A DNA stretch of 64,000 nt from Promethearchaeota archaeon (GTDB taxonomy: Archaea > Asgardarchaeota > Lokiarchaeia > Sigyniarchaeales > SOKP01), in assembly GCA_008080735.1 (NCBI GenBank), contig SHMW01000005.1:24135-88134 (forward strand), written 5' to 3'. A program made the position numbers and the translations under genes. The notes beneath the pieces are model-generated. The model saw nothing but the letters and a program-made list of their open reading frames with translations. It made no database searches and was not told the DNA's origin. This document shows positions 47,815-59,000 of the stretch, piece by piece. How positions within the stretch are numbered: the first letter of the stretch is position 1; each line of letters opens with the position of its first letter.

Positions 47815-48943
47815 ACATGTTGGTATACTGTGCAATCCTAGTAAAGCTGGTAGAAACGCATTAAAAGAACGCCATATAGCGGCACAAAGACTTGGCATCA
47901 AGGTTTATAGTATATTGCTTAGTCAAAGCAATATAGATAGAATCAAAAACAATAAAAAGATTAAAGTTAGATATTGGAAACAGTCTTCCATATGTCAAAG
48001 ATATATAGACTTGCCTTATATAATTTATGACAGGGTAGATTTACTTAGTCCCAAAAGAAGTATTGCTGAAGAAATAATTGACATAGCTACTGAATGTGGC
48101 TGTGTCATTTTAAATAATCCAAGAATGAGAAGTTTATGTAAAAGTAAGATGGATACATATGAATTTTTTAAAAATGAAGATTATGTACCTAAAACTGATA
48201 GATTAAATAGGGATAACTTTCAGAAATATTTAACCAATTACGACAAGATATTTATTAAGCCAGAAATTGGTTCTCAAGGAAATGGACAAATATTCATCAA
48301 AAGTTCTGATAGCTTCTTTATAATATACTCAACAGACCAAGTTTCATATTTTGATAATATCGATTCTGGATGGGATTACATAGATGATATACTAGATACA
48401 TATAGCGATAAGTATCCTAAAAACAAATATTTAATCCAAAAGGGTGTCGATATAAAGAAAAAGGATGATAGAGTTGTAGATTTCAGAATTATTTATCATC
48501 GCGATGGTAATGATAAGCTAACAGAGACAGCAATATACATGCGGGTTGGAGCACCAAAGTCTTTTAGATCCAATATTGGACAAAAGGGACATGCACAAGA
48601 TCCAAGGATAGTATTTAACGAATCTAACTTAACATCGAAATTAAGTGAATTTGGGGAAAAGGTAATTAATAAATTATCAGAAAAGTATTTTATAATAGAA
48701 ATAGGTTTGGATGTTTTACTAGATAATAACAATAAATTATGGTTGTTAGAACTAAATTCTAAACCAGGAAGTAAAGGATTAAAATCTTTAAAAGAATTTA
48801 TTCCAGAAGATAAGCAAAATATAAAAAATGCAGTAATGCCATACAGTTATTCTAACAGAGATAGGCGTAATTGGGGAAGAAAATACAAGTTATTCATATC
48901 AAAACCTTTGTCATATTTTAAGTTCCTTTTTAAATTCCATTAG
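47798..48943 (+). CDS. YheC/YheD-family ATP-grasp protein
   Basis: IIYDR, K...Y, VPKT, FIKP..GSQGNG, YLIQK, DFRI, SNI, IGLD.LLD....W.LELNSKPG. Confidence 0.85.
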   Translation: MKMKNKHVGILCNPSKAGRNALKERHIAAQRLGIKVYSILLSQSNIDRIKNNKKIKVRYWKQSSICQRYIDLPYIIYDRVDLLSPKRSIAEEIIDIATECGCVILNNPRMRSLCKSKMDTYEFFKNEDYVPKTDRLNRDNFQKYLTNYDKIFIKPEIGSQGNGQIFIKSSDSFFIIYSTDQVSYFDNIDSGWDYIDDILDTYSDKYPKNKYLIQKGVDIKKKDDRVVDFRIIYHRDGNDKLTETAIYMRVGAPKSFRSNIGQKGHAQDPRIVFNESNLTSKLSEFGEKVINKLSEKYFIIEIGLDVLLDNNNKLWLLELNSKPGSKGLKSLKEFIPEDKQNIKNAVMPYSYSNRDRRNWGRKYKLFISKPLSYFKFLFKFH

Positions 48944-49607
48944 CAAATTTCTTTGTTAAATCAGCTACGGAATAGTCACTTCTAAACTTCCTAAATGACT
49001 TTTTATCCATTTCTTGTAGTTCTTTCCATAAATCAGGGAAGTCAGTATACAAAACTCGCAATTCTCCTATCCTTGACAGAGGACAACACCAACAAGACAC
49101 TCGATGAAACTTTTCGTACAACCCCCCCCAATCTAATCCCTTAGAATAGCAATACTCTAACGCTTGCTTTTCTGTTATTTCCCATTCAACAAGTGGGTAT
49201 TGAATATTCCTGTCTTTATTTTTTAATGTTCTTTCTTTTTCATCAAAAGCGATGCCATGAAATTGAATAAATTCTTCTGAAATAGTTTGTTGTATCTTTT
49301 TTACGGCTTCTCTTTTTAAGGAAGTGCACCACCTGTTACGAAAATCTGGAAACCCATAACCTTTTTCACCTTTACGCTTACCTTTTGTTTTTATATGCTC
49401 ACCAAACCAATAATCAAAATCAATCTTTACAATCTCAATTTGCAATGGTTCAACCATGGTTTGAACTTTTTTAATGTGCTCGTACATGGCGGGGAACTCT
49501 TTTGTCGTATCAACACAGATAACCCTATCAATCGGGATTCCTTTTTCCAACATCATCAGCAACATTGCGGTTGAATCTTTGCCACCGCTAAAGCTTACTA
49601 TATTCAT
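48930..49607 (-). CDS. PAPS reductase-family (DndC-like PP-loop) protein
   Basis: SFSGGKDS, RWCT.LK, GI..DE..R, YPL.EW, RVSCWCCP. Confidence 0.88.
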   Translation of the reverse strand: MNIVSFSGGKDSTAMLLMMLEKGIPIDRVICVDTTKEFPAMYEHIKKVQTMVEPLQIEIVKIDFDYWFGEHIKTKGKRKGEKGYGFPDFRNRWCTSLKREAVKKIQQTISEEFIQFHGIAFDEKERTLKNKDRNIQYPLVEWEITEKQALEYCYSKGLDWGGLYEKFHRVSCWCCPLSRIGELRVLYTDFPDLWKELQEMDKKSFRKFRSDYSVADLTKKFANGI

Positions 49608-49750
49608 CTTTCAACTCCTTAACTAATTTCTCGTTTGCGTCTACAATCTTCTGCATATCCTCAATAGATATTTTTTTTCAAAGGCTCAAAGAAATAAACC
49701 TTCTCGTCCTCTGTCTGAAAATACTCTTTTGTCACTTTGATTACTTTCAT
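49588..49750 (-). pseudogene. Small ORF frameshifted at an A8 tract
   Basis: MKVIKVTKEYFQTEDEKVYFFEPLKK / ISIEDMQKIVDANEKLVKELKDEYSKL; removing one A joins the frames; AGGAG SD. Confidence 0.55.
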
Positions 49751-49915
49751 CTTTCACTCCTATATTTGTTGCTTTTTTCCCAATTTTCTTTTGCGGATAA
49801 TGGTTGTAGGTTCTCCAATGACCAACACTGCTTGAACTCTTCATCTTCGGCAGATTCAAAAGTAAATAAACTTTGTGGTTTTATGTGGTCAATTTGAACA
49901 TTGTTTTTTTTTCAT
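49747..49915 (-). pseudogene. HNH endonuclease remnant, out of frame with its ATG at an A9 tract
   Basis: VQIDHIKP..LF.......FKQCWSLENLQPL...EN..KSNK, a viral HNH pattern. Confidence 0.7.
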
Positions 49916-49921
49916 ATTCAT

Positions 49922-49950
49922 AATATACTACAATGTATGTAAAAAGTCAA
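49922..49950 (-). promoter_or_regulatory. Sigma-70-type promoter
   Basis: TTGACT-17 nt-TATATT; predicted +1 falls on the A of ATG 49915. Confidence 0.65.
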
Positions 49951-50033
49951 CTACATTTTTGGTTAAAAGCAAGTGATTTTAACCGATTTCTTTTGATTTT
50001 GTTGGATTTTCATAAGCAGTTAAAACCTCCTAA

Positions 50034-53000
50034 CTAAAAACCATTTCGATCAGTAAAGACAAATCCGGCACTTTTTATTGGATTAATTTTATATAGCATC
50101 TTATGGTTATCACTAGTAAAAACACCTTGGGTATAATTAAAAGATTCGTTATCTAATGCTATTGGGATTATACGATTACTACCCTTAAGGTCGTTTGTAT
50201 AATATAAATTATCATTGTATTTAAAAGACGGATATAACACCAAATTTCCAGAAGATGCTAATTTGGCAAATAAAAACCCAGTGAATAACGATTGTCGTGT
50301 ATCTATATCTATTGGATTATAATTTGCCGTTCCACTAGAAAATTGATGATTAAAAACAGTTTCGCCATCAATAGTTTTAACTGTCACATCACATACTGTA
50401 TCGTTACCTGTTTCTATTCCTGATATATAAGTATAATAAGATTCTAACTTGCTATTTTCTGAATAACACGACTTTTCGCTATCAAAACAAGCTAGAACAT
50501 TAGAAAATAAAAAATTGCCTGTAATATCAAATATAGCATCATAATCATTTCGTAATCCTACTTTGCTATATGTTACTTCTGATCTGGGATTAAGATAGTC
50601 ATCACCATTAGATGATGTCAATCCACTTGGAACTGTAAATGATCCAGGGTTTGTTATAGACGAAATAGATGTACTACGATCTATAACTAAGCTAAATTCT
50701 TTCTCATAAGAATTATATGTTAATATACCAAACCCAAATACAGCATCGGCCTCAGTATTCCAATCATTTTCATAGGATGGAGTGCCGCTGGACGCATATC
50801 GTATTGTATAACCACTAACATCATCTTGTATTGGGATTATAAATCTACCGTCATTATTATATAACTTTTCGGTATTGGTGTAAAATCTCGTACCACTGTA
50901 ATTTCTTTTTTCATTAAAAACATTTCCATTAGAATAACTTTCATCATAGTTATCATAATAAGTAGATGTATAACTATCTATTAAATGATAATTATTACCT
51001 CCGGAGTGTTCTATGGCAGCAAAGTAATAAATGCCACTAGAATTAGTATCATCAAAATCAGACGAACTTTTAGCGTGATAGTAAACCACAGAATTATCCC
51101 CTAGGTTTCTCCACACAGTGTTGCGTTCCATTGTTGGATAATCATTAATTTCGGCTGGTAAACTACCGCTAAAAACAACATGAGAACCAGAGATATTAAA
51201 AGTGTTAACAGGATCTCTTGAAAAATAATTGTCACCACGATAAGTCTGTACATATCTAAAAGAATTTGGTTGATCATCTGCCGCACTGTTAAATAAAGAA
51301 TATGTTTTCTTAGCGGTGTTGAATATGGCATAGTCATAATCTTCTTCTGAAGGATAATTAACACCATCACTTAAATCATGAAGTATCTTTTCATTCAAAA
51401 GGGGCGGTTTAATATGATCACACGCAAACAAACGTTTTATTACACCGCTTTCACCAGATAGATCTATAATATTTAAAGAATCCACTTGGCCATTTTGAGG
51501 ATTATATGGCACAAGCTGGTTCGATCCACTAACAGACCAAATATAATCTTGATCTATGCCAACAACATTGTTTATATTTAAAGTATGGTGAAAATTATGG
51601 TTACAATGAACGTCGTCATTATTTATTTGTAATGTGTATAAACCACTGTTAAACGGTGTATAAACCCACTGTTCTCCCGATGGTATATTCGGCCAATGTG
51701 CTAATTGTTGAGACGACCTAACATCATACGGGTTTATATTGTTTAGTTTGTATAATGTTTCATCGCCGCTACCATTTATTGGCAACATTCCCATGTTATT
51801 TAATCCACTATATCCGTTTAACGATCTTCTAGATGAGTCTTGTCTCTCTACACTACCAATAATTTCTCCAAAAGTATCAGATGTATTGAGATCCAAAACC
51901 CCAGAATTAATATTGATACGAATATATTGATTATTAACACCAGAAACAGAATCAATACCATAACCGTTCACAAGGCTGTAACTACTATTCGATATATGAC
52001 GCTGTTTATCATAAATTTGATTATGATCATCAATAGGGCCAGATGAATAATATGCTATAAAGCCACTAACATTATCGTAATATACACTTGGCCCGGCAAC
52101 AGTTTGATCCGTATAAACAACATTGTATCCCAAGGTTGTTACACTATTAAGCCCATCATCCTGTAATATGTGTATGAGATCAGAATGACCGCTACAATAA
52201 ACTATGTATTCAGGAAAATCTGTAGATGACAAATTATAAAATACACGTCTATTCTTTGTTACAGTAGATTCGGTTGCATCATAATATTTTTGATTTTCAA
52301 CAAAAGCAAGCAAGTTTTTGTGACTTTTGCCAATGTGAACTAAATCTTTAACAATGTTTTCAGCATCAGGTATATATCTTTTAGACACTAAATGATTACC
52401 AACAGATGTTCTGGTGCATATATAGTCTTCATCAGTAATATAACTATAATAATTGCTATAAAATGGCGGTTTTGGGCCATTTGAAGAACACTGCCTGAAA
52501 AACCCTATAGGACCATCATGTGGTAATTTAGCACCCAATGTAACTTTAGGAAGTTCTTTTTGAACGTAATCTACAGAAGATATGCTAGTTTCTTTGGTTG
52601 TTATATTATCAACGTCATTACCTACCAATCTCACACTACTATATCCATAAAGACTTTCGTCTATAAAGAAAATACGATTGTTAAACAAATATGAATTACG
52701 ATCTCCGTCAACATCATATATATTACTAGTAACATCCGACATAGAATCATTATATATATAATACTTGTTATCGGTTTTATTAATTAAATAATAATTAACT
52801 GCTGGAATATATTTAATAGATCTTACATCACTAACAGAAGTAGGATTTGATACTCCGCTAATATTAGCAGTATTATTAGTTAAATCAACTTGAAACCAAT
52901 TGGTATGACCATTTCCTTCCAGAACTATATTAATTTTGTCATTATACCAAAATCCAGACAAATATCTAATTAGAGTCGTTCCACTGTTTGCTGGACAATC

Positions 53001-55247
53001 AAGCAATGTATTAAAATTTTGCCATGAATATAATTTAGTGTCGTGATTATGAAAATCTATATTATAAAGTCCATCATCAGCAATACCAAGTAATTTATCT
53101 CCACTAGGATGATAGAAGAAGTTATAAACTTCATTAGGTCTACTGCCAATACCTAAATATGGACTATACCCATAATCTGCGATTGTGTTTGTGTAAGTAA
53201 AATTGTTACTGGTATTTGTATCTAATTGATTGCATGATCCACTTGCGTGAAACAGTAAATCGTCGTTATCATTTGATAAAAACGTATGTCCTAATGATGT
53301 AAACCAAGTATTATTGTTTCTGCCTGTGCAAAATACTTCAGAACCTATCTGACTGAGATATCCCGATCCATATATATTAGAAACCATCAATCCATCTATA
53401 TAATCTCCCAAAGACATGACATCGTTGATTCCAGAACAATAAATGCTTCCCAAAATAGTTCCGCTAGTATATGGGCTATCTTCGTAATAAAATAATTTAA
53501 TTTCATCCGAATCTATACCAGCAGGTAGACTAAATATTTTATCGTCTGATATAGTGGAAAAGTTGTATGTTTCATCCATTACTACTTTTTGGTCGCCAAA
53601 ACCATTTTTTAAATTTTTATATAATTGACCATCATTACCTAGTATATATCTTCCTTGGCTGCTTATAGAATAATTATTTCTTCTGGTTGAACTAATACTA
53701 TCAATATTGGTATATTTAATACCACTTGGTTCTGAACTTCTTTCAGCAGTTGAACATCCTAAAGCAAAATTCCCAAAAATATCTGTACCACCCAAATTTG
53801 GTCTAGACAAAATTTTCCAATTAATAACATCGCCTGAATTATTGTTTAGATCATATCTCCAAGAAATTTCTTGCCCAGACCTAACTGAATTAATTAAATC
53901 ATAAACTTTTAAATGTTCAATATCTGATTCTGTTTGGTCATGATAAGTTACAGTATATGCATAGGTAGTCATGTTTGTGAATGGTTGTATATGTTTGTAA
54001 GATATAGGTGTATAGCCTATAACACTTTCTGGCCAACCACTAGCAGAAAAATCTCCTGAAGGATATTGGAATAAAACAGGAGAATTTTCAGACATATAGT
54101 TATGCGATCCACTTCCAACCCAATCAGACCAACCACAATCTAAAATTCCAGGCTGAAGATTGTTTCTGTTATCATAAACTAGTTGGTACACACCACTTAA
54201 TGTACTATAATCTAAAAGTCCACGATTAACTTCAATTCTAGCATTTATCTGATTCGGACGTTTTATTGTTCCACGCATAGATATTCCGCTAGGAAATTCA
54301 ATGTCCCAATAAGCTTCTCCATCTCCATATTGTGAATTAAGTTCTTGATCAATATAAGTATTATTGTCATTGTCAAATGTTACAATATAGCCACTGGTAA
54401 ATGGAATATATTCAGTTTCATCTTCATTTAAACCAAAATAACCATATCCAAAACAATCAGCACATGTTATTCCTGATTCAAATATAAAACCATTAGTACA
54501 ATTGCCACACTTCTCTATAGGCTTGGTTCTAAACAAACCTTTAATAGTTAAATATGTTGGAATTTCGGCAGTTTTTCCATCATAAGAAGTAACATTATAA
54601 GATGTTGTATACACAGATACGCCGCTGGCAAAATCAAACTCTGCGTATGAACCGTTAATATAGCCATACGAGCGTTGTATAAATGTGTCGTCTAAATATT
54701 GGTCTATATAACCATAGGTGCCATCTGAACTACTATAATTATATTTTAAAGTATTGCCAGAATTATATGGAACTATAGGATTCCAAGTGTCATTTTTAAT
54801 AAACCACTTTTGAGATGTAGATATTCTATGACTATTAAAACTAGTATTAACAGATCCAGTAACAAATAATGAATTAGATCTGTTTGACTGTAAATATAGT
54901 GCAATTTTTCCAAATACACATTCGTCCAATAAACTTCCAGCATAAACAGATTTTGAATCTAAATCAACATATCCACTAGTATTAGTATCTTTAACATATC
55001 TAGGATATTCTCTTAGTGTGCTAGGGCTAGAATATGTACGAGATGAATACAAACTCAATCTCTGTATATATTTTTCCCATCCACTCACAGCAATTGGATT
55101 AATGTTTTGTTCTATAACAAGTTTACAGGCTTTTTCTGCCTCGATAGATGAAATAACATCATAATCATCCCATATGTTCTTATTACTATTAAAATATGGT
55201 AATTGATAATCCCAAGTAGCGGTATTGATATTGAAAATCATGTCCAA
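50034..55247 (-). CDS. Large beta-rich virion/tail-associated protein (1737 aa), Ser-Gly rich
   Basis: S/N/Y/D/T-rich composition, about 45 SG dipeptides, CxxC...CxxCxGxG motif. Confidence 0.75.
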   Translation of the reverse strand: MDMIFNINTATWDYQLPYFNSNKNIWDDYDVISSIEAEKACKLVIEQNINPIAVSGWEKYIQRLSLYSSRTYSSPSTLREYPRYVKDTNTSGYVDLDSKSVYAGSLLDECVFGKIALYLQSNRSNSLFVTGSVNTSFNSHRISTSQKWFIKNDTWNPIVPYNSGNTLKYNYSSSDGTYGYIDQYLDDTFIQRSYGYINGSYAEFDFASGVSVYTTSYNVTSYDGKTAEIPTYLTIKGLFRTKPIEKCGNCTNGFIFESGITCADCFGYGYFGLNEDETEYIPFTSGYIVTFDNDNNTYIDQELNSQYGDGEAYWDIEFPSGISMRGTIKRPNQINARIEVNRGLLDYSTLSGVYQLVYDNRNNLQPGILDCGWSDWVGSGSHNYMSENSPVLFQYPSGDFSASGWPESVIGYTPISYKHIQPFTNMTTYAYTVTYHDQTESDIEHLKVYDLINSVRSGQEISWRYDLNNNSGDVINWKILSRPNLGGTDIFGNFALGCSTAERSSEPSGIKYTNIDSISSTRRNNYSISSQGRYILGNDGQLYKNLKNGFGDQKVVMDETYNFSTISDDKIFSLPAGIDSDEIKLFYYEDSPYTSGTILGSIYCSGINDVMSLGDYIDGLMVSNIYGSGYLSQIGSEVFCTGRNNNTWFTSLGHTFLSNDNDDLLFHASGSCNQLDTNTSNNFTYTNTIADYGYSPYLGIGSRPNEVYNFFYHPSGDKLLGIADDGLYNIDFHNHDTKLYSWQNFNTLLDCPANSGTTLIRYLSGFWYNDKINIVLEGNGHTNWFQVDLTNNTANISGVSNPTSVSDVRSIKYIPAVNYYLINKTDNKYYIYNDSMSDVTSNIYDVDGDRNSYLFNNRIFFIDESLYGYSSVRLVGNDVDNITTKETSISSVDYVQKELPKVTLGAKLPHDGPIGFFRQCSSNGPKPPFYSNYYSYITDEDYICTRTSVGNHLVSKRYIPDAENIVKDLVHIGKSHKNLLAFVENQKYYDATESTVTKNRRVFYNLSSTDFPEYIVYCSGHSDLIHILQDDGLNSVTTLGYNVVYTDQTVAGPSVYYDNVSGFIAYYSSGPIDDHNQIYDKQRHISNSSYSLVNGYGIDSVSGVNNQYIRININSGVLDLNTSDTFGEIIGSVERQDSSRRSLNGYSGLNNMGMLPINGSGDETLYKLNNINPYDVRSSQQLAHWPNIPSGEQWVYTPFNSGLYTLQINNDDVHCNHNFHHTLNINNVVGIDQDYIWSVSGSNQLVPYNPQNGQVDSLNIIDLSGESGVIKRLFACDHIKPPLLNEKILHDLSDGVNYPSEEDYDYAIFNTAKKTYSLFNSAADDQPNSFRYVQTYRGDNYFSRDPVNTFNISGSHVVFSGSLPAEINDYPTMERNTVWRNLGDNSVVYYHAKSSSDFDDTNSSGIYYFAAIEHSGGNNYHLIDSYTSTYYDNYDESYSNGNVFNEKRNYSGTRFYTNTEKLYNNDGRFIIPIQDDVSGYTIRYASSGTPSYENDWNTEADAVFGFGILTYNSYEKEFSLVIDRSTSISSITNPGSFTVPSGLTSSNGDDYLNPRSEVTYSKVGLRNDYDAIFDITGNFLFSNVLACFDSEKSCYSENSKLESYYTYISGIETGNDTVCDVTVKTIDGETVFNHQFSSGTANYNPIDIDTRQSLFTGFLFAKLASSGNLVLYPSFKYNDNLYYTNDLKGSNRIIPIALDNESFNYTQGVFTSDNHKMLYKINPIKSAGFVFTDRNGF

Positions 55248-56059
55248 GATCCTAATGCCGGTATAGCATTAAGCAAACCATGTCCGCTTGCTTCTGTTAG
55301 GTTTACCGGAAAAAAGCTCGCATAAGCTGGTCCCCCATCGTCAACCGTATTAACCAAATGCTTATGTTTTTGAATTCCTCCGATAAATGTCCAAACATTT
55401 CTGTCTCTATCATATCTTAAGTCAATTGGGGCGGCAACATATTCTTTGGGATCAATCAATCGTCCATGATCAACATCACCAATAAATTTCGTACTATCGC
55501 TGGACGATTCTGGGAAAGGATTATCATCAGTATCATATCCCCAGCCTATTCCTATAACTGGAAGACGCAAGCCAATACTACGAATGTCATCATTACGCAT
55601 ATATTGTTGCATATTATTATTATAACCACTACCAGTAGTAGTCCCGGTGTAAAATCCACCGCTTGGATATGTATAGAGGTTCAATAATGTACCGCTACCA
55701 CCATGACCAACCCATTCAAATGGCAATAAATTACTCAGTACTACAGATTCAGACGAACTTTCAGAACCAGCACTAGATGAAAATGTAGGGATGCTGTTTC
55801 CACTTGCCGTAGAAAATGGCATTAATAAATTAGATAAATTTGTAGAAAAAGATTGTTGATAAAATTCATCCGAAACACTTGCTAAATTATTTTCGACTGC
55901 AAAACTATCTGTTATTGAAACATAGGTACGATTAATCTTAAATTCATTATCTGTACCAGATGGTACATTGTTAAAATAACCAACTATAGAGTTGAAATTT
56001 TCAGCATTATCATTTGGAACACTTGGGTCATAACTTTGATATTCTGAATATAGTGGCAT
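55238..56059 (-). CDS. Putative virion structural protein
   Basis: RSIGLRLP...GWGYD...P.P and PIDLRYD....VW; located in the structural cluster. Confidence 0.7.
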   Translation of the reverse strand: MPLYSEYQSYDPSVPNDNAENFNSIVGYFNNVPSGTDNEFKINRTYVSITDSFAVENNLASVSDEFYQQSFSTNLSNLLMPFSTASGNSIPTFSSSAGSESSSESVVLSNLLPFEWVGHGGSGTLLNLYTYPSGGFYTGTTTGSGYNNNMQQYMRNDDIRSIGLRLPVIGIGWGYDTDDNPFPESSSDSTKFIGDVDHGRLIDPKEYVAAPIDLRYDRDRNVWTFIGGIQKHKHLVNTVDDGGPAYASFFPVNLTEASGHGLLNAIPALGSWT

Positions 56060-56063
56060 AATA

Positions 56064-59000
56064 TTACTTTCTAAATCTGTTTCGTCCTATACCAAACGCT
56101 CTGTGTTCAAAATTAACATTTTCTGTTGGTTTAATCTCACTATCAGAAGCCAATCTAGTCAATTGATCATAATCAGATTTTCTATAATCTCCAGGCAATC
56201 CACGATAACTAGACATATTATACGTAGTGGTTATTCCGCCAATGTCAAAAGTAACAGCCATACCTAAAATATTACTATTAAAGCCAAGGTTTGACGCTAG
56301 ACCATATTCTGGGAAACCAGCTACTGTTATAGAAGCATTGTCTATATATTCTAAATCTGATAACGATCTTGCCAATCTTTCTTCTCCGGCAGCATCTAAA
56401 TTAGCGTCCCAACTTCCTGTTGTTGGTCTTTCAAAATTCCAAGGAACCAATGATTCATCAACATCTATGTCAACCATTCCATTAACAACAGAATCTTCAT
56501 AATACCAAGGTCCATAAGTTACTAAATTACTAGTTAGTGGTATAATTACCGCTTTGAGATCCATTAAATATTCATCTGCAAAAACATAAGAATATTTTTT
56601 ATTAGTATGTGTAGATATCTGTTCAGACCATCTAACCAATGCCTTTTTAAATTCTGTTGTACCAACTTGTTCTTTCAACCACTTAAGATTATCATCCTTA
56701 TCCGATAACACGTTAAGCCATTTAACTATACCACCACGTTTAATTTTCCATGTTGTTTTTTGGTCATCTGCATTAAAATTAATCAAATCATCATACGAAT
56801 CTAATGGATCAAAAGATATTTGTGAAGGCAATGTTACCAATGCTAAGTCTGGTCTATGAGCAATTTGTACAATATCAGCACTTGAAAATATATAATCAGG
56901 ATTTCCTTCTGCTATTCTATTAGGAGCGAATTCAGACGTGGGCAAGTCTTGGAACATAACGCGATTATTGCCGTTGGATGAATAATTAGCATTACCACTG
57001 GGTTTCCAATCTATAGCAACCATTGGGTAAAAACGACCGTCCTCAGCCATAAACCTATCAATTATTTGTTTTTCTTGATCAACTAAATTTTGATATCCAG
57101 AACCAGTTCCGTTTGCCAATCCGTCAAATTCTGATGGTAATGTTTCCCAATAAGATCTATCTGCTACAAAATATTCAATTTCTGGTCTATTCTTATATGT
57201 AGGTACTGATTGGTTACTCCATATCCTATGCATAGTATAAGAATATGGTAATGTTACAACAAACTTAGAACCCATGTACTCTGCCGCATACTCATAAACC
57301 CATTTCCAAACCTGTCTTCTGAAATCAAATAAAGCAGCAGCGTTAGCAGCGTCATTAGAGTTGTTTAGTGGATCTACATATGTGTATGGCAGCACATTGA
57401 TTTTACTTAAATTAATACTATTTGAACTAAATGCTCCAGATATACCAGTTGTATCAAAAGTTGGAAAATTTAATCTATCTGCAATTTCAGGATAATACTG
57501 ATTATACACTGTGTAAAATGGATATTCGCCAACAAGAGCTGCTCTTAAAACTTCAGTATTTAATGGCAATCCTCTAGATTTATTAGCGTATTGACCAGAA
57601 TCAAACTCATAGCCAGATGCTACACACCACGGTCTATAATCTGATTGACCGTCGTTACTAATAAACATATCGTTATGACTGAAACTTCTTACTTTATAAC
57701 GTTTTGTTTCTATTTCAACCAATGGGATGTCGTTTTTTATATCTTCTCTTGAGAAAGCTATATGGTCTAATGGCAAAAATGGTGTAGCCATAGGATGGCC
57801 AGAAGTAGAACCAAATCCCCAAAATGGGAATATACTGCCGACTTGAAAAGTATCATCATTAGAAAATAATCTTGTTGTTATATTGGTTGGGAAAGAATCA
57901 TAACCAGATCCAAAATTATAATATTCGGTTGGATATGCAACATATGAAGAATTTCTTTTACCACCAGCTATTACTTTACTACTAGGTTCATTTTTAAATT
58001 CCTTGCCAATATTAGCTTTATTAACTATTTTTGCACGATTATTAATAAATGAAGTTATTTCTGTTTTTAGCAAAGCATTGTCATCTTCACGACGAATGGC
58101 TTTAAATTCTATAGTTGCTGTATTGTTATTAACCTTTCTGGCTATAATGACTAAATCTGATCCACCATCGTTAACAATTTTAGTTATAAGAGAAATTAAA
58201 TCCATTGTTAGATTAGATATTCTATACCACGAAGGAGCATCATTAAAAGCTTCTCCGGTAAAAATGAATTCAAAATTTATCCCAAACACAACAGCTCTCA
58301 TATGTTCAAGAGCATACTGTATCTTTGTCCACTGCATTCCTTTATCATTACGATTAGATGTCCATCCGTGATCGTAAAATCCAAAAACATCAAGTATATT
58401 ACTGACATTATCAAACCTAGGCTGGCCTTCACCAAAATTATGGGAAAGTGACCAATTTCCAAGGATAACTTCAACACCAGAAAGTATTTCTCTCGGATCC
58501 ACCATGTTAACATTTATAGTTCTACCACCAGAATTAATAGTATCTTCAGTCCAACTAGAACAAATACCACAAAAATAAAACGGAGTATTAGATGGATCAT
58601 AACTATCTGGATTAAGATTTATATTATCATAAAACAACGGAGCATCAATCCCACCGCTTGGCAAACTTATAGCATATAGAGCTGGTGGAGTAGGTTCATC
58701 AAAAGAATCTCCAGATTCTGTATCTTCTACAAGAGTAACACTTAAACTAGTGGCTACACTATTCCATCCTATCGTAGAATTCATAGACAATAAAGAACAA
58801 CCCATAAATTTATAAACACGATTTTCTGCTGTTATATCAGATTGACCGGCTGTTTGTTTGTAGATCTGTGCAGCATTATAACCACTAATACGAACAGATT
58901 CATCCCATATATCTAACAAATCGCTATTAGGAATTTGTGAATATGACCAAAAAGTTGTTCCTAGATAACCAGTAAAATAATTATTAGATGGGTTTGTGAA

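Noticed and set aside
48930-49607. Complete Dnd phosphorothioation system or sulfate assimilation pathway
   Set aside because: Only one PP-loop gene is present; no dndA/B/D/E or cys genes are in the window.
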